27,979 bases of DNA from an uncultured virus (IMG/VR IMGVR_UViG_3300030085_002643) (taxonomy: Duplodnaviria > Heunggongvirae > Uroviricota > Caudoviricetes > Kyanoviridae). The notes below the pieces were generated by a model. It had not been told where the DNA came from. It did no database searches and saw only the letters and a list, made by a program, of their open reading frames with translations. A program made the position numbers and the translations under genes. Each line of letters starts with the position of its first letter. Positions within the stretch are counted from its first letter, which is position 1. Below are positions 18,601 to 26,600 of the stretch, one piece after another. The DNA lies in the IMG/VR virus record IMGVR_UViG_3300030085_002643; one strand, 5' to 3'.

Positions 18601-21600
18601 CTGGTGTATTCCAACCAGGCGAAGCAATTGATGGTTTTGATAGCAACAATACTGCAATCAGTGCGATTATCAATGATAGTGCAGGATCTATTGTTCTCGG
18701 TTCTAAAGTTGTTACTGACAACTATTTCTTAGAAGTAAATCAAACAGGTTTCTTATACGATATTTCTAAAATTGTTCGTAAGAAAGGTGTTGCTGCTCCA
18801 GTTAGAAAATTAAAAATTGTTGTTGATTACTATACACACTCTGCAACTGGTGATTACTTTGGTGGTCAATCTTATCTGGATACCAATTATACAGATATTC
18901 CTTTCTTTGGATTTAAGTTCCTTGCCGATTACCTTGATTTCCGACCAGGCGTTAAGAACTTGTATAGCGGCACAGGTACAGTAGCATCTCCTGCTTTTGT
19001 TAACTGTTCGACATTTGACTTCAAGTCAAGAGTATTCAATGTATCTGGATCTCCTAATGCAACAGTATTTGACATTCCTAAACTTAATAGTAACTTCCGT
19101 TGCGACTTTGATTGGTATTTGCCTAGAGTTGATAAAGCATTCTTGACACCTGATGGTGAGTTCCAAATTATTAAAGGTAAATCTTCCGAATCTCCTACTG
19201 AACCTGATGATATCAGAGATGGTATGCTTCTGGGAGTTATTAGTCACAAACCATATGGTTTCGATCCTGAAGCTGACGTAGTTATCAAACGCTCTGATAA
19301 CAAGCGTTATACTATGCGTGACATTGGTTCTATTGAACGCCGCTTAGATCAAGTTGAGTATCAAACTTCACTCAATATGCTTGAAGCAGATACATTCAAT
19401 ACTCAAATCTTAGACTCTAGTGGTAAGAACCGTCTTAAGAACGGATTTATGGTTGATGATTTTGGTGATCATAGCAAATCGGAAACTAGTCATGAAGATT
19501 TTGCTGCTGCTCTTGATTTCCAGTATGGATCTTGTCGTCCATCACACTATACAACTAACGTTCCATTAGTTATTAACTCCACTTTATCAACAAATATTCA
19601 GCAAACTGGTCCTCTGATTACCTTACCGTACACTGAGGTTAAGATTATTGAACAACCTTATGCTTCTCGTGTTGAGAACATTAACCCGTTCAACGTCTTT
19701 ACTTACATTGGACGTATTACAATGACACCTGGTTCTGATGACTGGTTGGATACAAATAGACTCCCAGTTAATGTTCAACAGATTGAAGGTGACTTCCAAT
19801 CAGTATCATCTGAAATGAATGTTGATCAGAATGGTTTCGCTCCTATTCAATGGAGAGCATGGGAAACCAACTGGACTGGTGAAAGAGTTATTTCTTCTAC
19901 TACCACAAGAAATTCTGGTTGGTTAGCAGAAGACGTTGGTAGATCTCCTAGACCTGGTGTTTGGGGTGGTCGTGGTATGCGTCGTATTAATAGAACTAGC
20001 ACCATTCAGGTAACAGGTCAGCAAACCAGATCTGGTATTAGAACTCGTGTTATTCCTAGAATTGATCGTCAGTCTCTGGGCGATAGCGTTCTTTCTAGCA
20101 CTTCTATTCCTTGGATTCGTTCTAGAAATGTTGAACTTGATTGTGCTCGTCTGAAGCCTAGAACTCGTTTCTATTCTTTCTTTGATGGTAAGAGCACTAT
20201 TGATTATCAGATTCCTAAGATCATTGAAATTATTAAAGATCCTACAGTTGATAGTAGAACAAACTCTACACCCTTTGTTATTGGTGAGACTGTAACTGGT
20301 CTTAATAGTGGATGTAAGTTTAAGGTTGCTGCACCTGATGATTTCTATCAGTTTAATCCTTATGATGATACAACACTTCCCACTTCATATGCATCTACAA
20401 CAGCATTCCTGAATATTGATACTAATGCACTTGCGGAGCAAGCGATTGGTGATTTCTATGGTAATATGCAAGTTCAGGAAGTATTAGTTGGAACTTCTGG
20501 TGCCCGTGCTGTCGTTAAAGATCGTCGTTTGATCTCTGACCGCTTTGGTAAATTAAAAGCATCCTTCTTTATTCCTAATCCTGGCGTAGATACAAATCCA
20601 AGATGGGCAACTGGCACTAGAACTTTAAGACTTTCTACTTCAGATACCGATTCGCGTCTTGCAGGTGCAGTTGCATCTTCTGCAGAGACACAATATGAAG
20701 CGAGAGGTACGTTAAATACTGTTCAAGAAAATGTCTTGGCAGTTCGTAATGCTGAAGTTGTTCGTGATACAGTTACTCAAGAACAATCAATTAATACAAC
20801 CAGAACTGAGAGTAGACAGATTGGTTGGTATGACCCTCTTGCACAATCATTTATTGTTGATGAAACTGGTGGTGTATTCCTTACTTCTGTTGATGTTTAC
20901 TTCTTCAAGAAGGATGAGAATATTCCAGTTTCGATGCAGATCAGAACAATGGAAAATGGTTATCCCACAACAACCATTCTACCTTTCTCCGACGTAACTT
21001 TAGAACCAACACAGGTTCAGTTATCTGAGTCTGCTGCAGTTGCAACTAGGTTTACTTTTGACGCTCCTGTCTACATTCCACAATCACAAGAACATTGTTT
21101 TGTTCTTCTTTCTGACTCCAACTCTTATCAGATTTGGATCTCTAGAATGGGTGAGATTGATATCTCTGGTGACAGAACAATCTCTGAACAACCCTATGCT
21201 GGTGTTTTATTTAAATCTCAAAACGCTACTACTTGGACTGCTGACCAATATGAAGACCTTAAGTTCATTATAAACAGAGCAGATTTTAGTACTACGGGAC
21301 AGAGTAGACTTGTATTGAATAATACTGCTCTGGACAGAGGAAACGGTGGTAAGTTGAATCTTCGTTCTGATGCTATTCAGACATTCCAACCTGAATTGGT
21401 TCTTACTCTCAACTCCACAACATTACCTTACACCGTTGGTGCTCGTATCTATCAGAAGACTACCTTGGCAGAAGGTACTGTTACAGCAAGAACTGTGACA
21501 AACGCTGGTGTCCAATTAACTATTAATGACATTAGTGGTAACTGGGCAGCAGGATCTAATACTGGTGGAACAATCGCTAACCGCGTTGTCTCTTCTAAGA

Positions 21601-23111
21601 CGACAGCAACTATGGTTGTTACTAGTGCATCTGCTGACTTCACGGTTGGTGAAACAATCACTGGTAACTCTTCTACTGCTCCTACTGCAGAAGTTGTAAG
21701 TTGGACCGCTGGAACTAATACGTTGACACTTAAGTATGTTTCTTCTGCGTTTACTGCTTCTACAGAGACAATTACTGGTGGAACATCTAGCACAACTGCA
21801 ACTGTAAGTAGCATTTCTTATGCTGGTGATGCAGTTGAATCTACTGCGATTCAACCTTCCTTCCCAACAGGAACACCTACTTATGCTACAACACAAAGAA
21901 AGATTCGTGTTTATCATAGTAATCACTGTATGCATAGTGCAGCAAATAATGTAATTGTTGAGGGTGTGGTCTCAGAAGTTTCTGATACTGCTCTGACTGC
22001 ATCTATCTCTTCTACAGATACTAGTGTTGCTGTTGGAGATGCCACTGCATTCCATAAGATTATTAATGGTGCTGCTATTGGCACAACTAATGTTGGTTAT
22101 ATTAAGATCAACGATGAAGTCATGTCATACAGTGCTATTTCTGGTGACAATAAGACTATTACTGTACATGAACGTGGTCTTGATGGAACAACTGCAGTAT
22201 CTCACGCAGATGAATCTGTAGTTCAATGTTATAACCTTGATGGTATTCCTCTAACGGAAATCAATAAGACACATGCTGGACTTGGAAACACTACGTTAGA
22301 TTACTATGAACTTTCTACATCATCTATTGCTAGATTAGGTATTCTTGGTGGCGGAACAAATATTTTCGCAACACAGAATATTCAGTATAGCACTCTGGTT
22401 CCTTCAGTTCAGAGAATGCTTCTTCCTAAGACTGACATTACTGCTAGAGTCAATACTATTAGTGGAACATCTATTAATGATGGTATCACGTTATCTCAAG
22501 CATCTTTCGCAAATGATGGCGTATTCTCTGACGTTATCCTTGGACAGGATAATGATTTCTATGCCCCTTCACTGATTTGTTCTGCAATCAATGAATCTTC
22601 TGAACTTAGCGGTGCTAAGTCATTCAGATTAGATTTGACAATGACTTCAGAGAAGAGCACCATTTCTCCTGTTATTGATGTAGATAGAATGTCTGCTACA
22701 TTAGTATCTAACCGCATCAACAGTCCTTCTAATCCAAATACTGCAAAACAAGCAGTTGGTGATGAGCATGAGGCAGTTTACATTACTAGAGTTGCAGATC
22801 TAACTAATCCTTCTGGTTCGATTAAATTGTACTATACAGGATATCGTCCCCCTAACAGTGAAATTAAGGTGCTATATAGAGTGCGTCCTATTGGATCCTC
22901 TACACCGATTGATGAACTTGGATTTGAGTTCTTCCCATCAGAAGGTTCAAAAGTTCCAGCTACTACAGAAAGAGAAATTTATTTCGATTATGAGTATGAA
23001 GTATCTGGTCTAAGTTTTGATCAGTATCAAATCAAGGTCGTATTTGTGTCTCCTAATCAGGCACTCGTACCTATTATCAAAGACTTGAGAGCAATCGCCC
23101 TTGCTGTATAA
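15654..23111 (+). CDS. DUF4815/VrlC-like large virion structural protein (2485 aa)
   Basis: NLNVTPYYDDF...VLFRPGFPIQARELTTMQS N-terminus; RTFEESGNY; NKRYTMRDIG..ERR...EYQTSL; KNGFMVDDF; WYDPLAQSF; GVLFKSQNATTWTADQYEDLKF; C-terminal PIIKDLRAIAL. Directly follows gp8 through a TAATG overlap. Confidence 0.88.
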   Translation: MAQNTNLNVTPYYDDFSTDKNFYRVLFRPGFPIQARELTTMQSIMQNQVENVGAHLFKDGAMVIPGQVGYDLNVDAIMLQESFLGADVELYRTQLNDKIITGLTTGVKAKVLYSISSTESDKGYITLYVKYIESGGDNSTQETFANNEQLITDTEITFGTTLIEVGSPFAQLLPTAALQTGSVAYVQSGVYFIRGFFVDVPYQYILLDQYGSNPSYRIGLDIQESIVTPEDDLSLNDNAAGTSNYAAPGAHRFRITTNLIKKLLTDDADKNFLELLRINASKVEKLVDRSAYDELEKSIALRTFEESGNYVVKDFEITMRENLDDGFNNGVYAAGTTTASGNTAAESKYAVEFGSGVAYVKGYRIKRLSPAYVDLDKPRETDASQNTIIPFEMGNFTNVKNVYGFPNVSGSTITNAYQTLELRDALTSTPGDANGNIIGYARVASLEHVGDPDQVFGNADDQYKLNIFDVQMFSVLELSTAQTIPAGSLVVGATTGARAHLVDALSNNDTLIVYQVEGTFAQGEMITVDGENVETINALHNYQYSDTRSFVSRDESTNAVEFTCDAILEDLELVEGSTFTYSTSSGNVATVDTISAADGARVAGTYTVTTYTTDGTGTGATFSIVINGSGAATVTILKGGFGYVVNETFTVAAAQIGGAGAALTFDVATVGPSIEGLQSNFALDLRPGDQIYFNNTQFVTVDTVTQTAIDTSGIPNIFNYGRQLVNVTAGSSPPSAGTYNTIVRYRTKLFGIENADLLSDMPKKYVKSISDESMIVRRTFDAQTVASNSISITLPENEQFQAISDANYTLTVLAGSNSTHPVGDQITINTTSSGAIGYTTFTSADRTTLQVDNLTNITSVKVTATISKNVTSRKTKSGNQMFVLKVNKTIKNLDKQNYNLTYSNLYGTRIQDTDISLGLTDCYRLHAVYESNDDNDPIIPSVTLVEPTFFATGSIVIGRTSKARAKVVDFSSGTLKLNVVYLSGVFQPGEAIDGFDSNNTAISAIINDSAGSIVLGSKVVTDNYFLEVNQTGFLYDISKIVRKKGVAAPVRKLKIVVDYYTHSATGDYFGGQSYLDTNYTDIPFFGFKFLADYLDFRPGVKNLYSGTGTVASPAFVNCSTFDFKSRVFNVSGSPNATVFDIPKLNSNFRCDFDWYLPRVDKAFLTPDGEFQIIKGKSSESPTEPDDIRDGMLLGVISHKPYGFDPEADVVIKRSDNKRYTMRDIGSIERRLDQVEYQTSLNMLEADTFNTQILDSSGKNRLKNGFMVDDFGDHSKSETSHEDFAAALDFQYGSCRPSHYTTNVPLVINSTLSTNIQQTGPLITLPYTEVKIIEQPYASRVENINPFNVFTYIGRITMTPGSDDWLDTNRLPVNVQQIEGDFQSVSSEMNVDQNGFAPIQWRAWETNWTGERVISSTTTRNSGWLAEDVGRSPRPGVWGGRGMRRINRTSTIQVTGQQTRSGIRTRVIPRIDRQSLGDSVLSSTSIPWIRSRNVELDCARLKPRTRFYSFFDGKSTIDYQIPKIIEIIKDPTVDSRTNSTPFVIGETVTGLNSGCKFKVAAPDDFYQFNPYDDTTLPTSYASTTAFLNIDTNALAEQAIGDFYGNMQVQEVLVGTSGARAVVKDRRLISDRFGKLKASFFIPNPGVDTNPRWATGTRTLRLSTSDTDSRLAGAVASSAETQYEARGTLNTVQENVLAVRNAEVVRDTVTQEQSINTTRTESRQIGWYDPLAQSFIVDETGGVFLTSVDVYFFKKDENIPVSMQIRTMENGYPTTTILPFSDVTLEPTQVQLSESAAVATRFTFDAPVYIPQSQEHCFVLLSDSNSYQIWISRMGEIDISGDRTISEQPYAGVLFKSQNATTWTADQYEDLKFIINRADFSTTGQSRLVLNNTALDRGNGGKLNLRSDAIQTFQPELVLTLNSTTLPYTVGARIYQKTTLAEGTVTARTVTNAGVQLTINDISGNWAAGSNTGGTIANRVVSSKTTATMVVTSASADFTVGETITGNSSTAPTAEVVSWTAGTNTLTLKYVSSAFTASTETITGGTSSTTATVSSISYAGDAVESTAIQPSFPTGTPTYATTQRKIRVYHSNHCMHSAANNVIVEGVVSEVSDTALTASISSTDTSVAVGDATAFHKIINGAAIGTTNVGYIKINDEVMSYSAISGDNKTITVHERGLDGTTAVSHADESVVQCYNLDGIPLTEINKTHAGLGNTTLDYYELSTSSIARLGILGGGTNIFATQNIQYSTLVPSVQRMLLPKTDITARVNTISGTSINDGITLSQASFANDGVFSDVILGQDNDFYAPSLICSAINESSELSGAKSFRLDLTMTSEKSTISPVIDVDRMSATLVSNRINSPSNPNTAKQAVGDEHEAVYITRVADLTNPSGSIKLYYTGYRPPNSEIKVLYRVRPIGSSTPIDELGFEFFPSEGSKVPATTEREIYFDYEYEVSGLSFDQYQIKVVFVSPNQALVPIIKDLRAIALAV

Positions 23112-23338
23112 TGTATCATCCTGTTAAAGATAAAAAAGATTGGTATAGGAACTCGGAAACGGGTTCCATTCAATGTTCCGATACTTCTGAATATGAGAAG
23201 TATATGGCAGCACATAAAGCCGAACTTAATAAAAAACAGGAATTTACCGCTTTACAAAAAGAGGTTTCTGAGTTAAAATCAGATATGAGTGATATCAAGT
23301 CACTTTTACTAACGTTAGTCCAAAAACAAGAAACATAA
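23111..23338 (+). CDS. Small hypothetical protein with C-terminal coiled coil (75 aa)
   Basis: TAATG overlap with the upstream gene; heptad pattern FTALQKEVSELKSDMSDIKSLLLTL. Confidence 0.8.
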   Translation: MYHPVKDKKDWYRNSETGSIQCSDTSEYEKYMAAHKAELNKKQEFTALQKEVSELKSDMSDIKSLLLTLVQKQET

Positions 23339-23550
23339 TGGCAATTGAAAAAGTATCACAGGCAGAGATGCATTCTCAATTCAAAGAGAGATATGCAAAG
23401 TTGATTGAAGAAAATCAGCAACTGTCAACAAAAATCAAAGAAAATGAAGTGACGGCATTGAAACTACTTGGTGCTATTGAAACATTGGAATACTTTGAAG
23501 AGAAGGAGGAGACTGCTTCACATCCTCCCGACGAAGAAACTGAAGAGTAA
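23338..23550 (+). CDS. Small coiled-coil hypothetical protein with acidic tail (70 aa)
   Basis: TAATG overlap; predicted helical FKERYAKLIEENQQLSTKIKENE..ALKLLGAIETLE; followed by a terminator. Confidence 0.8.
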   Translation: MAIEKVSQAEMHSQFKERYAKLIEENQQLSTKIKENEVTALKLLGAIETLEYFEEKEETASHPPDEETEE

Positions 23551-23554
23551 TTAT

Positions 23555-23579
23555 AGGGGGGCACAAGTCCCCCTTTTTT
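23555..23579 (+). terminator. Rho-independent terminator
   Basis: AGGGGGGC-ACAA-GTCCCCCT stem-loop (one G-U pair) followed by a T run, 4 nt after the stop at 23550. Confidence 0.9.
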
Positions 23580-23584
23580 ACTAG

Positions 23585-23592
23585 CATAAATA
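23585..23592 (+). promoter_or_regulatory. T4-type late promoter variant CATAAATA upstream of the fibre gene
   Basis: Immediately after the terminator; shares ATAAATAACT with the promoter at 8660. Confidence 0.72.
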
Positions 23593-23629
23593 ACTTGGAA
23601 GCATAATCTCTATCGAGTTGTCGTAAAAA

Positions 23630-26600
23630 ATGGCAAATAGAATTCAATTAAGAAGAGGTGGCGCTCAGGAATGGGCGAACTCTAACCCGACTCTTGCACA
23701 AGGTGAATTGGGTATCGAACTTGACACAGGTCGTTTTAAGATCGGTGACGGCGTTTCGGCATGGAACACGTTAAGATACGAACGTCCTGTAGAGTCCACC
23801 TCTAACACGGCAAATACTTTGGTTCAGCGTGACGCTGATGGTAACTTTTCTGCAGGTACAATCACCTCAACTCTGATTGGTAATGCTTCTACTGCGTCTA
23901 GACTCGCTTCATCTAGACAAATCCAACTCTCTAATGAGGTTACTGCTTCTGGTGTATTTGATGGTTCTGCCAACCTCAATCTCTCCGCTGAATTAGCACT
24001 CGTATCAACTCTCCCTCATTATGATGGTACGGCAACTCCTACAGGGGTTTACAACAAAGTTACTGTTGATGCTAAAGGTAGAATTGTAAATGCACAAGAT
24101 TTTACTGCTTCCAACAACGGCACCCTTGCTGACTATGGTCTTGATGGAACAACTGAAGGACAGTCAGCACAAGCGTATGACTTAGATCTAGTTGCTATTT
24201 CTGGTCTGACTACTACTGGTCTCATTTCTAGAACTGCCAGTAACACCATGGCAACCAGAACAATTACTGGTACTGCTCAAAGAATTTCTGTTAATGAAGG
24301 TGCTGGTATTAGTGGTAACCCTACCATTGATCTGATTACGACTGCTGTTCAAGCAGGTAACTATAATACTGAATCCCTGACATCTGTATCAGGTGTAGGT
24401 GGAAACAGTGAACCCTTTGGCACGGCTACAGTTAACGCTACTAAGTTCACTGTTGATGCCTATGGTAGACTAACAAGTGCCACAAATGTGCCTATTGCTA
24501 CTGCTACCGAGGGTAGTAAGTATCCTAACTATGATGCAGGGACAACTTATTCTAGATATGATATTATCCAGAATGCATCAAAAGTATACCAAGCACTTGG
24601 AACGATTGCTGCTGGTGCTGGTGCTCCTACTCATTCCAGTGGTGATACTGGATCATGGCGTTACCTCGCGGCTGAAGCCACGGAACAGAAGGGACTGGCT
24701 AGTTTTGCACAGGAAGATTTCGACGTTGACGCAAACGGGCACGTTACCATCGCCGCCGCAGGCGTAGATAATACACAACTTCAGAATAATAAACTTATCT
24801 TTACTGACGGTAGTGCAGTAGAGAATTTTGAACTTGATAATGAACTTACGACCTCTACAGCAAATACTGGTTTCAATCGCCTCAACTTTGTTAAGATTAA
24901 CGATACAAGCGGCAACCTACTGTTTGGCGCTAACAATACAGGGGACAGTGGCGCTGGTGAGATTGATGTTAACGTCCGTTCCTATTTTTCTGATCCTGAT
25001 ATTACTCTTGATGGAGCATCTGCTCAGGCATTGGATAAGTCTGGGGATGGTAATCTTACCTTCTCTCTGACACAAAATTCTTCTTCTGCTAGAAATCTTA
25101 CAGTTCAGTCTACTAACTCTGGTTCTGGAACTAGCACAGTTACAATTACTGCAGAAGATGTTGTTGACATTGATGCATCTGCTGGAACTGGCAAGGTACA
25201 TGTAGAAAACGCAAGATTCCAAGGAGATTACATTGGTTCAACAGGAACACTTAATCTTGATCCTGGCGATGACCGTGCAGTAACTGGTCTGGTTCGTGTC
25301 TGGGGTGACCTCCAAGTTGATGGTGTAACAACAACTGTAAACAGCACAACTTTACAAGTTGATGATGTTATCATGACTCTGGGTGGTGATACTGCTCCTT
25401 CATCTGATGACAACAAAGATCGTGGTGTTGAGTTTAGATATTATGATTCTCAAGCACGCTTAGGTTTCTATGGTTGGGACACTAACTATACTGATTTGGC
25501 TGGTCATGAAGGTGGTTTTACTTTCCTTCATGCTGCTACAAATANNNNNNNNNNAATACTTCCGAAGTCTTTTCTGGTACTGCTTCTGGTATTACTGCTG
25601 GTAACCTTAAGTTAACGACTGGAACTGCATCCTCTTCCAACACAACTGGTGACTTGGTAGTTGCTGGTGGTGCTGGTATTACTGGTGCAGTCAATATCGG
25701 CGGTCTTCTGGATGTTGATGGCACTTTCCGTGCTAATTCTACAAGTAGATTTGATGATAATATTGTATTCCAAGGTGCTTCTAAGACTCTTGAACTTAAG
25801 AATGGTTCTGGCACAACTAAAACTACATTCCATACTACAACAGGTAACGCTGAGATCGGCGGTATCCTCACCGTAACTGGTGTTGTAGATGCTAACAGTG
25901 ATGTTAATATCGCTGGCAACATTCACTCTGAAAGCACAAACGATATCACTGCTGCTAAGAATAGTAGCACTGGTGAATGGGAGATTCAATCTAATGACTA
26001 TGGTTCATTAAGAGTTGATGGTGGTGCATACGTTGCAGGTTCTGCTCTGATCGATGGTACGTTACACGTTAACGGTCCTCTTGAGATTAAGGATAGTGCG
26101 ACAGAGACTGAATCTAGATTGAACTGGTTGAGAGTCAGATACAGAGGTCGTTTCGGTGACACTTATCAGGCATCTCCTTCCTATGCATCTCATAACTTCT
26201 CCACCTTGAAAGCACATGGTGGTGCAGGTATTATGAAATCCCTGTATGTTGGTGCTACTGGATCTAACGAAAGATTTGCTGTTGGTAAACTCAATAGTGG
26301 TGATACTGAGAAGTTCACTGTTATTGGTGCAACTGGTAACACAACTATTCAAGGTACACTGACTGTTAATGATAACGTAAACTTCAATGGCACTCTAGAT
26401 GTTGATGAAGATTTTGCAGTTAGAAGTGGTACAACAGATAAGTTCTTTGTAGAAAATTCAACAGGTAACACCAATATTGAAGGCACGCTGACTGCCGATG
26501 GTCACACTGAGTTGAATTCTACTCTTAATGTTGATAACAATACAACACTGGGTGCTCAACTTACAGTAACTGGTAACTCTGAGTTTAACGGCACAGTTGA

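Noticed and set aside
23630..25615. 661-aa fibre as a complete gene, pseudogene or programmed frameshift
   Set aside because: The frame change coincides with the N run and a duplicated AATA; this is best explained as an assembly artefact.
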